This document shows, piece by piece, positions 1-9,693 of a DNA stretch of 64,000 bases. Position 1 is the stretch's first letter. Every line of letters begins with the position of its first letter. The position numbers and the translations under genes were made by a program. Origin of the DNA: Nitrososphaera sp. (GTDB lineage: Archaea; Thermoproteota; Nitrososphaeria; Nitrososphaerales; Nitrososphaeraceae); the NCBI GenBank assembly GCA_036004585.1, contig DASYRH010000030.1:2982-66981 (forward strand), in the 5' to 3' direction. The notes beneath the pieces are model-generated. The model made no database searches, was not told the DNA's origin, and saw only the letters and a list, made by a program, of their open reading frames with translations.

Positions 1-129
1 GAATGATCAATGTAATATTTCTATAAAATAAAAAGAATTTTTTGCGGAACTGATATACGCGCTGATCGCCGCGCCTGCCAGGCTTCATCATGATTTTGAA
101 AACAAAAGATGATGCGGCGGGAAAAGCAG

Positions 130-2241
130 CTAGGAATACACTTGCAGCTTGTGTGGCGACTTGCAAGCTTCGCACCTTTCTGAAACTGCTTTTGATTTGT
201 GTCCGCATGTTGTGCAAATGCCTAGGGCAATTCTTGGGCGGAAGAACGGAAGCTCTGTCGCTGCTTCAAGCGCACGACTCACTTCTGCTTGCGCCAAATC
301 AGTAATGTCGACTGAAGTTGCGAGGCCTCCGTTGACGAGCCTATCAATTGCGATGCACTCCTGAACCACTGTTCCGTCTGAAAGGATCGTTTTACCATTT
401 AATGTCATTCCCTGGGTATAACTGGTAGCATTCTGCGATTGAAGGAGGGAAACCTTGCCATATTTTTCCGAATCCAGGCTAGCGAAGCGCAATCCACTTC
501 CGTCTGCGATCATGGAAATTCCTGCGCTAGAATCTTCGCCAAGTTGCCTGCCTTGCATCGCAACTACGTCGGCAGAAGTCTTTAGCACCTTTTGCATTAT
601 TTCTGCGCCGCTCGGCCCTTCGTGCCCAAGTATATTGTAAACTGACTCTTTGGTGCCAATTAGGTTGATAACGATATTCGAACCTCCCCTTTGCATCGAC
701 TGTGAGCCGCTAGTGATTGCCGGTGTCAGACCTCGCTTTATGTTATCGATTATTGTCTTTTTACGCATCGACATTGCCGCAAGCGACGGCTTGATCATCA
801 GCGCTAACTTTGCGCGGAAATAGGTCTCGTCCTTGTTTGATTCATACGCAAGGCGCGGAAGGTTGATCGAAAGAGCATGAAGTGCTACCGTAGCAGTTGC
901 CGAACCTTTGCCCGCAGATTCTGATTTGCAAATGCCGTTATTTGCCCGAAGCTGCCCGTTATTTATTGAAATGATGCCTCCGCCTCTAACTGCAGCTGCG
1001 ACGTGGTCTAGGCTTTCTCTTATTGCCGACTTGCCAGAATTTGTAAGAGCCAGGCCGATTCGTGGAACAGGAGTAGCATCAACATATTTTCTATACCCAT
1101 CTAGTAGCGCATTTAGATGCTTTGGATCAATTCCATCGGTCGGAACTGCAATTGTGGTTGCGGGCAATTCTAGTGTGAAAGATGGCGCAGCGGACGACGC
1201 AACAAGTGCTCGCGCAAACCGCGATGTAAGTTCTTCAGGATCCTTTGCGTTCTTTAAAAGTGCAGGAATGATTCCTTCAAGTACTATTTCGGATGAAGCT
1301 TCCCTGCTGAGCAGAGAGATTATCAGCGGTAGTGCGGATGTTGCATCGTCGACTGTCTTTATAGCCGGCAGCCTTGCTACGTTCAAAAATTGTCCTCGAA
1401 GATCAAGTCCCTGCTCAAGCTCTGCTAGATCAAGAAACACCGTATCCGGCACAAGTCCCCAAACTGGGGTTGAAACAATGTTAATCTCGCCCGCCAGGTG
1501 CATGTCAGCAATGTCTTTTGGCATGGTATTGAAGACGAGATATTCAGAGAATACAGAGCCGGCGGTCCTGGACATGACGCCCTCAATGCCATTTCTCAAG
1601 GCTTCTTCACTTGAGAGGAGCTCCACGATGTCGGAGGAAGGAAGCCCGAGCCGTGCAAGCTTGTTCCTGTATTCCTCGTGGCCATGCTCTATGAGGACGG
1701 AATTGACAGTCTCTCGGATAAGCGACGACGTGAGATAGGATGTCTGGAACTTGTAGATCTTGTTCTCAACCTCCTCTGTAATCTTGGTGGCCTGCTCAAG
1801 AGGAAGATTTGCCTCCCTGACAAGGGACTGGATAATCTTGTGAGAGTTGAATTCTTCGATGGTGTGCCTGCTTGTACGCACATACATCTTGCCGCTCTCA
1901 ATAATCGAGCGCTCTTCAATCTGGCGGGCAAGGCTCAGCACCAGCTTGCCGAGATTGGTGATGGTATAACGCCGCTCCGCCTTGTTTAGAGCGACTAGCA
2001 GCTGGCGCAAGAGCTTTCTCAGGTGGTATGCGAACTTGCCCGACTCTTTCTTGGACTTGAACCCAGCAAGGGCCTTGAGCTCAGAATAAGTGAGCGGCCC
2101 CTTGGTATTGAGTATTCGCAAGATGTCGATCCTATTAGGGCTGGCCATAACGGAAAAAATCATTCTTACGCGCTTTGACGCGGATTCCAGAACTCCGCCC
2201 TTTCTGGGATCCTTTTGATAATCAAGACTCACCTGTTCCAT
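130..2241 (-). CDS. ArsR-type HTH + ATP-cone + degenerate class III ribonucleotide reductase (NrdD-like) fusion protein
   Basis: N-terminal wHTH (ASPNRIDILRIL...GKFAYHLRKL), ATP-cone (VRTSRHTIEEFNSHKIIQSL), NrdD-like SINLPRLA motif and C-terminal CxxC...CxxC ribbon. No glycyl-radical loop. ATG 2241 preferred over GTG 2295. Confidence 0.8.
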   Translation of the reverse strand: MEQVSLDYQKDPRKGGVLESASKRVRMIFSVMASPNRIDILRILNTKGPLTYSELKALAGFKSKKESGKFAYHLRKLLRQLLVALNKAERRYTITNLGKLVLSLARQIEERSIIESGKMYVRTSRHTIEEFNSHKIIQSLVREANLPLEQATKITEEVENKIYKFQTSYLTSSLIRETVNSVLIEHGHEEYRNKLARLGLPSSDIVELLSSEEALRNGIEGVMSRTAGSVFSEYLVFNTMPKDIADMHLAGEINIVSTPVWGLVPDTVFLDLAELEQGLDLRGQFLNVARLPAIKTVDDATSALPLIISLLSREASSEIVLEGIIPALLKNAKDPEELTSRFARALVASSAAPSFTLELPATTIAVPTDGIDPKHLNALLDGYRKYVDATPVPRIGLALTNSGKSAIRESLDHVAAAVRGGGIISINNGQLRANNGICKSESAGKGSATATVALHALSINLPRLAYESNKDETYFRAKLALMIKPSLAAMSMRKKTIIDNIKRGLTPAITSGSQSMQRGGSNIVINLIGTKESVYNILGHEGPSGAEIMQKVLKTSADVVAMQGRQLGEDSSAGISMIADGSGLRFASLDSEKYGKVSLLQSQNATSYTQGMTLNGKTILSDGTVVQECIAIDRLVNGGLATSVDITDLAQAEVSRALEAATELPFFRPRIALGICTTCGHKSKAVSERCEACKSPHKLQVYS

Positions 2242-2352
2242 CGCCCCCCGATAATAAGGTAAATGATTAAAACTACTTTGTAAAATATCTTTCACTAAAA
2301 GTACGATGTACCCTACTCGGGCGCTGACCTTTTAGTCAACTATTTCTTAACT

Positions 2353-2958
2353 TTAGACGAGCACGCCCTGTTCTTGTTCCTGCCTCGCCGCCGGAGAGGC
2401 AGAGGGGACTTCCGCTGGAACTTCCGGTAGTTTCGCCTTGGCCTCGCTCTCAAGAGCCCCTTCGATCTCGTTGAGGATAAGGAGTGCGTCTGCATCCATT
2501 GGAGTTGAAATCCTGGCCTCCGACCTGATGTTTGCATTCAAGAGTACGTCAGTCGTCATGCTGGAAACATCAGAGAAGACCTGATTTGCGGCTGGGATGG
2601 CCTTTGCAATCTCGGACTGGATGCCCCTTATCATCTCGATCGTCGGGTCAATTGTGTCGAGTATTGTGGCAAACTCATTTATCGTGCTGAACCGTATCAC
2701 GATCGCCTCAAGCGCGAGGCTCGTGTGCTGCGTTGTCCTGCGGATCCGCTTCACGTTTGAGAGTTCTGATGCAATTATCTTGGCGCGGGTGTTGTTTCCT
2801 GTTTTTATGTTGCTTACAATCTGCTCGAGAAAGAGTGCCTCCATATTGGCAAACCTCCTGTCAATTACTTTGAGTCGTCCGAGCTGGCCGTGAACTACGG
2901 TAGTTGCGTTGCTTATCTGGCTTACGAACTGCTGACGCTTCTCCGCTACCCCTGCCAT
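2353..2958 (-). CDS. cdvB: ESCRT-III/Snf7 family protein (CdvB paralog)
   Basis: Helical Snf7 core pattern (AKIIASELSNVKRIRR...LALEAIVIRFSTI...IDPTIEMIRGI) with an acidic LPEVP-containing tail. Confidence 0.75.
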   Translation of the reverse strand: MAGVAEKRQQFVSQISNATTVVHGQLGRLKVIDRRFANMEALFLEQIVSNIKTGNNTRAKIIASELSNVKRIRRTTQHTSLALEAIVIRFSTINEFATILDTIDPTIEMIRGIQSEIAKAIPAANQVFSDVSSMTTDVLLNANIRSEARISTPMDADALLILNEIEGALESEAKAKLPEVPAEVPSASPAARQEQEQGVLV

Positions 2959-3095
2959 CTTCTTACACTACTTCGGGCAATGAAAGTTGAAAAAAACCCG
3001 GTGTTGAATACTGTGTACCAAAAGCTGCCATAAAGCTAAGCTACTCTAGAATTTGTATCGCTTTAATAGCATGAGATTGTAACACATCAATTGAG

Positions 3096-3710
3096 ATGGG
3101 CAAGGTCGGCCACGAGGACCATAGCGGCCTTTCAAAGCGTGACCATATCAAGGAACACCTGGGCGCCCGCAAGATAGAGTTTATCTCAACTGCAATAGTC
3201 TGCGTCGTCTTTGCCGCTTGCTTTGCGCACCTTGAGTACTACTACATCAAGGACCCTGCGCTCCAGATTTCAAATGGCGAGGTTGTAGTCATGGACGACA
3301 ATTTTGACAGGAGCAGAGAGACTGAGCCGATAATTGGCAACATGTACCAGTACCACCTGTTCCCGATGCTGTTTATTTTCGTGCTGATTAGTTTTGCCGC
3401 CCTATGGGACGACATACTGTTCATGCTGCTCGGCCGGCACAATAGGGTAAAGGCTGGCCTCCTCGGCGTAGCCAACCTCATCGCCGCCATTCTGATTGAG
3501 GACTTTGCCTGGTTTGCAAACAGGTTTGCGGTGCCTCTTGAAAGTGACCCCAAAGGCGGCCAGCTGATGCAGGCCACGGACTGGACGTCGATGCACCTAG
3601 GCTACATAGACTTTGGGCCCTTTGTGCTACCAGGATGGTATCTTGTCGCGCTGGCCTTTGCAACTATTGCTTACTATAGTGCGTTCAGAAAGCATGACCA
3701 ACTTGGCTAG
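3096..3710 (+). CDS. hypothetical integral membrane protein
   Basis: 204-aa ORF with about 4 hydrophobic segments and an ATG start. Confidence 0.7.
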   Translation: MGKVGHEDHSGLSKRDHIKEHLGARKIEFISTAIVCVVFAACFAHLEYYYIKDPALQISNGEVVVMDDNFDRSRETEPIIGNMYQYHLFPMLFIFVLISFAALWDDILFMLLGRHNRVKAGLLGVANLIAAILIEDFAWFANRFAVPLESDPKGGQLMQATDWTSMHLGYIDFGPFVLPGWYLVALAFATIAYYSAFRKHDQLG

Positions 3711-3871
3711 CGCTTTGTAACTGAAACTGCAAAGTCAGAAGGGTTTAGAGCAGTGCCGCAGACCGGGCAGCGGAAGTTAGTTCCGCGCAGCGCGTCTTTG
3801 ACTGACTTGAGCATTCGCATCTGGTAGATGACAGAACCGCATTTTCCACAATTGACATCGGCTGACAGCAT
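3707..3871 (-). CDS. small zinc-ribbon protein (54 aa; not in ORF track)
   Basis: Hand translation MLSADVNCGKCGSVIYQMRMLKSVKDALRGTNFRCPVCGTALNPSDFAVSVTKR*; two CxxC motifs. Confidence 0.7.
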   Translation of the reverse strand: MLSADVNCGKCGSVIYQMRMLKSVKDALRGTNFRCPVCGTALNPSDFAVSVTKR

Positions 3872-3959
3872 TGTATGCTAACAGCCTGTAACAACTGAAA
3901 TAAGAAAACTATTCTTGACAGTTATTCACAAAATGCGCAGCTGCTGCTATGCAAGACGT

Positions 3960-4127
3960 CTAGCCAGTTTTGGGCCGATTTATCCTCGGACTAGGCTGCT
4001 CGCGCGATTGCCAGTCAGTGACCTTAAAGTCGGAATGGCCGGTCTTTTTTGTATGGTCCTGGGCATCGAGCTCGAAGAAAAAGAACTCGCTGCATGATTG
4101 GCAATTGTAAACCTTGGATTCGAACAT
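3960..4127 (-). CDS. small C2H2-type zinc-finger protein (55 aa; not in ORF track)
   Basis: Hand translation MFESKVYNCQSCSEFFFFELDAQDHTKKTGHSDFKV...; pattern CxxC-x12-H-x5-H. Confidence 0.7.
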   Translation of the reverse strand: MFESKVYNCQSCSEFFFFELDAQDHTKKTGHSDFKVTDWQSREQPSPRINRPKTG

Positions 4128-4194
4128 TGCGCAAAAATTACTATGGGCAGCGGCGATATAAGAAAAAGGCTGTGTGCGCCACTACATACAGAGG

Positions 4195-4584
4195 CTACTT
4201 TTGCAGCACGAGGCCGTGCTTTGGATCAAAGCCCTTGACTTTCACCTTAGAGCCTATAGGAAGATCATTAGGGCTCTCAATACCAGGCAGAAATCCAGAG
4301 GCTCTCAACGAGGTGTTGTCTACTTTGAACACGACCCACGCGTACGAGCCCGCGTCCTCAAAACCTTCAGGCGCAACGGCCTGAATGGTGAATGTAACAA
4401 CTGTTCCTGTCCCCTCGAGCTCTGCATCTTCAAACTTGGAAGCCGAGCATTTCTCGCAGTAAAGAACCGTCTCAAGCATTAGGTGGCCGCACTTTACGCA
4501 CTTGTGTGCCAGAATCTTTTGCTTCTCTGCTGTGGCTATGAACTTCTCACGAGTGCCGTGTTGTTGTGCCGACATTTCACTCAA
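4195..4584 (-). CDS. DUF35 family Zn-ribbon/OB-fold protein (thiolase partner)
   Basis: CVKCG...YCEKC ribbon followed by an OB fold (GTGTVVTFTI); directly downstream of the thiolase. Confidence 0.9.
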   Translation of the reverse strand: MSEMSAQQHGTREKFIATAEKQKILAHKCVKCGHLMLETVLYCEKCSASKFEDAELEGTGTVVTFTIQAVAPEGFEDAGSYAWVVFKVDNTSLRASGFLPGIESPNDLPIGSKVKVKGFDPKHGLVLQK

Positions 4585-4590
4585 CTCGAG

Positions 4591-5757
4591 TTACTTTCTT
4601 TCTACCTTTCTAAACAGGTGGACTGCAGCGCTTGCCCCGGTAGCCCCAAAGTTGTGAGTGAGGGCAATCTCTGCATTAGGCACCGTTCTCTCGCCTGCCT
4701 TGCCCATGAACTGTTCAAACACCTCGACGACCTGGCCTACTCCCGTTGCGCCTATCGGGTGCCCCTTTGACTTCAGGCCGCCTGATGGGTTAATCGGGAT
4801 TTCGCCTTTGAGGCGGGTCGCTCCGTCCCTGACCGCATGAACCGCTTTGCCCTTTGGAAAGAATCCGAGATCTTCGATGTCGATAATCTCTGCAATAGTA
4901 AAGCAATCGTGGACCTCGGCAAAGTCTACGTCCTTGGCCTCAAGCCCTGCCATCTTGTATGCCGCCCTTGCAGCAGCCACTGTGCTTGGGATAGTTGTAA
5001 TGTCTTCGCGGGCCTGAACCGCGGCTGGCGATGCGCCTCTGCCAGAGCCGATGACCTCCATGTATGGCCTTCCACTTTTTTTGGCAAACTCTTCGCTGCA
5101 AAGTATCGTCGCAGATGCGCCGTCTGAGAACGGGCAGCAGTCAAGCAATTTGAGCGGAGAAGCAACGACTGCTGATTTCAGGACGTCGTCGACCGTGATT
5201 TTTTTTCTGACGTGCGCCTTTGGATTGAGGAAGCCGTTATCATGGTTCTTTACCGCCACGTTGGCAAGGTCTTCCTCGGTAGCCTTGTGAGTCGTCATGT
5301 AGGCGCGGGCGATTGATGCAAACAGGCCTGGAAAAGATGCGCCGTTGCCACCTTCATAGAAATAGTCAGAGCAATAAGAAAACAGGGTGGTGCTGCGCGC
5401 AGTTCCAGTGTGCGTCACCTTTTCCACGCCAAGCCCAAGCACACAGTCGTAAAACCCAGCTGCAACATTTGCAAATGCCTCACGGAACATCACAGAGCCC
5501 GAGCCGCAGGCAGACTCTATGGTAAGGCCTGGCACATGCGATATGCCAAGGTTGCTCATGATAACGGGTGCCATGTGCACCTGCTTGTCAGCGACGCCAA
5601 AAACGTTTGATATGTATCCAGCCTCAATATCCTTCGGGGTAATTCCCGCAGAATCAATGGCGTCTTTGGCGGCATTTAGGGCGATCTCTATGATGCTTTC
5701 ATTCAATTTTCCGTATTTTGTGCTGCCAGCGCCAAGAACGCAAACCTTACTTGTCAT
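4591..5757 (-). CDS. archaeal thiolase (acetyl-CoA C-acetyltransferase family)
   Basis: IESACGSG, AEVHDCFT and NPSGGLKSKGHPIGATG motifs. Confidence 0.93.
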   Translation of the reverse strand: MTSKVCVLGAGSTKYGKLNESIIEIALNAAKDAIDSAGITPKDIEAGYISNVFGVADKQVHMAPVIMSNLGISHVPGLTIESACGSGSVMFREAFANVAAGFYDCVLGLGVEKVTHTGTARSTTLFSYCSDYFYEGGNGASFPGLFASIARAYMTTHKATEEDLANVAVKNHDNGFLNPKAHVRKKITVDDVLKSAVVASPLKLLDCCPFSDGASATILCSEEFAKKSGRPYMEVIGSGRGASPAAVQAREDITTIPSTVAAARAAYKMAGLEAKDVDFAEVHDCFTIAEIIDIEDLGFFPKGKAVHAVRDGATRLKGEIPINPSGGLKSKGHPIGATGVGQVVEVFEQFMGKAGERTVPNAEIALTHNFGATGASAAVHLFRKVERK

Positions 5758-5912
5758 CTCAATCAAAAAGGGCCTTCCGGATTATAAATAGCTTCGATCC
5801 AGTTGATGCATAAGAATCATGGCGGATGTTTAGCGCGTGATGGCAAGATCAAGTAATCGAAACCAGCAATGGGATCGCATTAATATGCTAAAATTGGAAC
5901 AGTATCCAGAGC

Positions 5913-7958
5913 GTGTATACGCTTGTAGTCTGCGAAAAGCCTGACGCTGCCAGAAGGATAGCACATGCTCTGGGTAGTCCCAAGGAGTTTTCTGCAGGAA
6001 TTTCTGTTTTTGACGTAACTTTTGAAGGTTGTCGGTATATGATCACCTCGGCGATAGGGCATCTGTATGGAGTTTCTGATACCACCGCGAGCAGAAGTGT
6101 CTACCCAGTTCTTGATCTGGAGTGGGCGCCGTTGCAAAAGAACTCGCGAGCTGCCAGAGCAATCAAGTCGATTGCTGATCTTGCAGAAGACGCGACATCC
6201 TTTGTTCATGCCTGCGACTATGATCAGGAAGGTGAAGTGATTGGTCACAGCATTCTAGAATATGCATGCAACGGCGCGTACCAAAAATCAAAGCGCGCAA
6301 AATTTTCCACCCTCACTGACGAGGAGATAAGAAACTCGTTTGCAAATCTGGCAGCTCCGAGTGCCGGCTTGGCGGAAGCGGGGAGGTCGCGGCACATACT
6401 TGACTTTCTGTACGGAGTGAACCTCTCGAGGGCACTTTCAAAATCGTTCAAGGTTACTAGAGGAGGTTATCGCAATCTCTCGATTGGAAGGGTCCAGGGC
6501 CCTACTTTGGCATTTGTGGTGGATAGAGAATTTGAGATCCGGCTACATGTCCCGGATCCCTACTGGACTGTATCGGCAAGCCTGGCCAAAGATGGTGGAA
6601 AATTTTCTGCAGATTACGCGGAGGCAAGGATCGACACGCTTGCAGAGGCAGGCAAGATACATCAAAATTGCTCGGGCAAGGATGGAACCGTCGCAGATGT
6701 TGGTAGCAGAAAAGTGGCGCTCCGTCCACCTACGCCATTTAACATTGGAGACCTCCAGCGCGAAGCGTACAGGGTACTCAGAATCTCGCCGGGCTACACG
6801 CTCGCAATCGCCGAAAAGCTGTACCTGCAGGCTCTGATTTCTTATCCTCGCACTTCGAGTCAAAAACTCCCGCCGTCGATCGGATACGCCAAGATAATCT
6901 CGAGTCTGTCGAAAACTGGGAGCTACAGTGGGCTTGCTTCGATGCTTCTTTCTAGACGCAACCTCGCTCCGAATGAGGGAAAGATGTCAGATCCCGCTCA
7001 CCCTGCAATCTATCCAACTGGAATGACACCTCGCAGCAAACTCGGCGGCCTAGAGTTCAAGGTCTATGATTTGATTGTGAAAAGGTTTCTTGCGACTTTT
7101 GGCGACTCTGCGGCTACTATGCGATCCGACGTTTCAATTGACATTTCCGGCTATGAATTTACTGCATATGGCGTTGAGGTTCTTTATGACGGCTGGATGG
7201 TCCTATACAGGCCGTATGTCAATCTCGAGCAACATGTTCTGCCACATATGCAGAAGGGTGATAGGCTTGACAACCTCGGAGTGGAGATGCAGGAAAAGTT
7301 CACACAGCCGGCAAGGCGTTACAATCAGGCTAGCTTGCTAGCAAAGATGGAGCAGGAGAAGATAGGGACAAAGGCAACTAGGGCTGATACCATAGCCACG
7401 CTGTTCAAGCGGAACTATGTCGCTTCCTCGCGTGAAGGGATTGAAGTTAATGATCTTGGCGTTGCCGTTATAGAGTCGATGAAACAGTATGTGCCGTCGA
7501 TTATCTCCACCGATCTCACAAGAGAGATTGAAGAGCAGCTTGAAAAAATAGAGCGTGGGAGCAAAGACAACGTATCTGCGATCGAGACAGCCGTTGACAG
7601 GCTCATTGAATCGCTATCTTCTTTTATGGAGCAAGAAACCGAGATCGGAGGCAGGATAGGAGACGCTGCGGCGTTTGACAGCAAGAAGGTTGCGACTATT
7701 GGGAGCTGCCCGGTTTGCAAAAAAGGCCAGCTTCGCATGATTACCTCTCGAAAGTCAAAGAAGCGTTTTGTTGGTTGCTCAAACTATACGGAGGGTGGCT
7801 GCAAGGCATCGGCACCGCTGCCGCAAAGGGGAGGGATAAGAACGACGAACAAGACCTGCGTCGAGTGTGGCTGGCCTATTGTCGGAGTCGTTTTTGCGCG
7901 CAGGTCAAGGCAGTGGCGAATCTGCGTAAATATGCTGTGCCCTGCCAAAAAAAAGTAG
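5913..7958 (+). CDS. topA: DNA topoisomerase type IA
   Basis: TOPRIM (VVCEKP, ACDYDQEGE), SIGRVQGPTL, active-site LISYPRT and C-terminal C4 zinc fingers. Confidence 0.95.
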   Translation: MYTLVVCEKPDAARRIAHALGSPKEFSAGISVFDVTFEGCRYMITSAIGHLYGVSDTTASRSVYPVLDLEWAPLQKNSRAARAIKSIADLAEDATSFVHACDYDQEGEVIGHSILEYACNGAYQKSKRAKFSTLTDEEIRNSFANLAAPSAGLAEAGRSRHILDFLYGVNLSRALSKSFKVTRGGYRNLSIGRVQGPTLAFVVDREFEIRLHVPDPYWTVSASLAKDGGKFSADYAEARIDTLAEAGKIHQNCSGKDGTVADVGSRKVALRPPTPFNIGDLQREAYRVLRISPGYTLAIAEKLYLQALISYPRTSSQKLPPSIGYAKIISSLSKTGSYSGLASMLLSRRNLAPNEGKMSDPAHPAIYPTGMTPRSKLGGLEFKVYDLIVKRFLATFGDSAATMRSDVSIDISGYEFTAYGVEVLYDGWMVLYRPYVNLEQHVLPHMQKGDRLDNLGVEMQEKFTQPARRYNQASLLAKMEQEKIGTKATRADTIATLFKRNYVASSREGIEVNDLGVAVIESMKQYVPSIISTDLTREIEEQLEKIERGSKDNVSAIETAVDRLIESLSSFMEQETEIGGRIGDAAAFDSKKVATIGSCPVCKKGQLRMITSRKSKKRFVGCSNYTEGGCKASAPLPQRGGIRTTNKTCVECGWPIVGVVFARRSRQWRICVNMLCPAKKK

Positions 7959-8039
7959 ATCGTGTTTGTTCTCTAGAGCGAACTTCGCTAATACGATTGC
8001 ACTAGCTTGATAAGAAATGAACAGGAATTATGTTTGAAG

Positions 8040-8168
8040 ATGGCAAGCGACCATTCGCATCTCTGCGAATATTGCAGCGAAAGATTTTCTTGTCCCCTTG
8101 AAAAGAACGAGTGCAGGATCGAATGGAAGACAAGCCATAACGACCACTTTCTCGCACTTACGTGCTGA
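8040..8168 (+). CDS. possible small Cys/His-rich protein (42 aa)
   Basis: Hand translation MASDHSHLCEYCSERFSCPLEKNECRIEWKTSHNDHFLALTC*; fills an intergenic gap but may be spurious. Confidence 0.35.
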   Translation: MASDHSHLCEYCSERFSCPLEKNECRIEWKTSHNDHFLALTC

Positions 8169-8967
8169 GATTGTAGACATCCGATCGCCGGTTCTTGAGT
8201 AGCGGCAGAGATTTTCTTACCTCTCGGATCCTCTGCCTGTCGACCTCTACTATTTCAATGCCTTCTCGCTTTTCCATGTCTGCAAGCACAACACCGAACG
8301 GATCCACTACCATGCTCCTTCCGCAGTAGATGTTCCCTACTTGGTCAGGCGCCACAACATAAGCGCCATTTTCTATTGCGCGGGCCTTTACCATGGTCTG
8401 CCAATGCTCTTCTTTCATCTCACCTTGCACCCAGGCAGAAGGGGCAACAAGGACGTCTGCGCCCTTGAGCGTGAGTATGCGAGAAAGCTCTGGAAAGCGG
8501 AGGTCGTAGCAGATCATCAGCCCCACGCTTCCGGCTTTTGTCCTCACTGGCCCTTTGATATCCTTGCCCTTTGATAGCTTGGCTGACTCTTTGAACCCCA
8601 GCGCGTCATAGAGATGGAGCTTGCGGTAGATGGATGAGACCATGCCAGCAGGATTTAAGACCAATGCCGTGTCGTAGACCTTATTCGAGCCGGCCTTCTC
8701 GTATATGGTGGCGACGATTCCTACACGGTTTTTCCTGGCAGCTTTTGAAAGCGCAGTCACGAATCCGCCGGCAACAGGCTCTGCAATCGCAGCTAGCTCT
8801 TTGGCTGGCTGACTTGCAGGCGAAAACGCCATCTGAAATTCAGGAAAACATACGAGCTCGGCCTTGCCGGCAGCTGCGTCTGCGATAAAATCAATTGACC
8901 GGAGCAGGTTATCCTGCTTGTCTTGCGAGGACTGCATTTGGACCAGGGCAATTTTCTTCTTCTTCAA
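8158..8967 (-). CDS. carbon-nitrogen hydrolase (nitrilase/Nit1-like amidase)
   Basis: Catalytic E-K-C triad in FPEF, YRKLHLYD and ICYDLRFPE. Confidence 0.92.
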   Translation of the reverse strand: MKKKKIALVQMQSSQDKQDNLLRSIDFIADAAAGKAELVCFPEFQMAFSPASQPAKELAAIAEPVAGGFVTALSKAARKNRVGIVATIYEKAGSNKVYDTALVLNPAGMVSSIYRKLHLYDALGFKESAKLSKGKDIKGPVRTKAGSVGLMICYDLRFPELSRILTLKGADVLVAPSAWVQGEMKEEHWQTMVKARAIENGAYVVAPDQVGNIYCGRSMVVDPFGVVLADMEKREGIEIVEVDRQRIREVRKSLPLLKNRRSDVYNLST

Positions 8968-9011
8968 GTGTTGAAGAGCAGTCGGTCAAAATAAAAATAG
9001 TTTTGCCCCAT

Positions 9012-9188
9012 CTAGAGCGGCTTGCCAGTCTGGAACCAGTTTTCCTTTGTATTTTCTTCAAATACCACGATAACATGCTCGGCCTTGGTCTTTAGGATCT
9101 GAACGGCGGCTTCAGTCACCGCCTTGGCAAAATCGCCTTTTTGCGCAGCTGTTCTCCCGGGATACATTGCCACGGTAATGAGAGGCAT
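9012..9188 (-). CDS. 4-oxalocrotonate tautomerase family protein (58 aa; not in ORF track)
   Basis: Hand translation MPLITVAMYPGRTAAQKGDFAKAVTEAAVQILKTKAEHVIVVFEENTKENWFQTGKPL*; catalytic Pro-1 and the GRT motif. Confidence 0.88.
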   Translation of the reverse strand: MPLITVAMYPGRTAAQKGDFAKAVTEAAVQILKTKAEHVIVVFEENTKENWFQTGKPL

Positions 9189-9200
9189 GAACCGTTCTGG

Positions 9201-9539
9201 CTAACTCTGACTTATATGTGCATCAGCGACGGGCGCTGGAGCTACTTCTGGGGTCGTCGCGTCTTCAGGCCCAGCGCCTTTCTTTCCGAGCTCGGAAAGT
9301 GCCAGCAGGTAACGCTTGATAAAGTTAACACCGGGCGAAGGCCTGCGCCCTTTTTCATAATCGCTCAGGACAGAAGGAGTGATGTTCATTTTCCTTGCAA
9401 GGTCTGCCTGCTTGATCCCAAAACTTTTTCTCCAGTACTTTAGTTGATGAGCTGGGCTTTCGCTCAACACTACAGAGCCGGCGATAATTGTCAATTCGTC
9501 GCTGGCAGAAATGCTGCTAGAATTTTCAATATCGGACAA
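9201..9539 (-). CDS. XRE-family HTH transcriptional regulator (COG1709-like N-terminal part)
   Basis: IAGSVVLSESP...WRKSFGIKQADLARKMNITPSVLSDYEKGRR pattern. Confidence 0.8.
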   Translation of the reverse strand: MSDIENSSSISASDELTIIAGSVVLSESPAHQLKYWRKSFGIKQADLARKMNITPSVLSDYEKGRRPSPGVNFIKRYLLALSELGKKGAGPEDATTPEVAPAPVADAHISQS

Positions 9540-9693
9540 ACGTTAGCCGGACTCCATCACGGTGATAAAAAGATTAGCCTAGAATTGGATGCGGCCTCTG
9601 AATCCAAAATAAATTTCTCCACGCCTTATAAAACGCTCATAAGAAAATCTTGTCAGCGGAAGCGAATAATATCGGGTTGCCGTCGCTTGAGGT

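Noticed and set aside
908-1738. Long antisense ORFs (this 276-aa ORF and similar ones, e.g. 58595-59089, 59420-59974, 37566-38111)
   Set aside because: Shadow frames opposite well-supported genes, with no motifs of their own.
130-2295. Active anaerobic ribonucleotide reductase NrdD
   Set aside because: No glycyl-radical motif at the C-terminus and no activase gene nearby.
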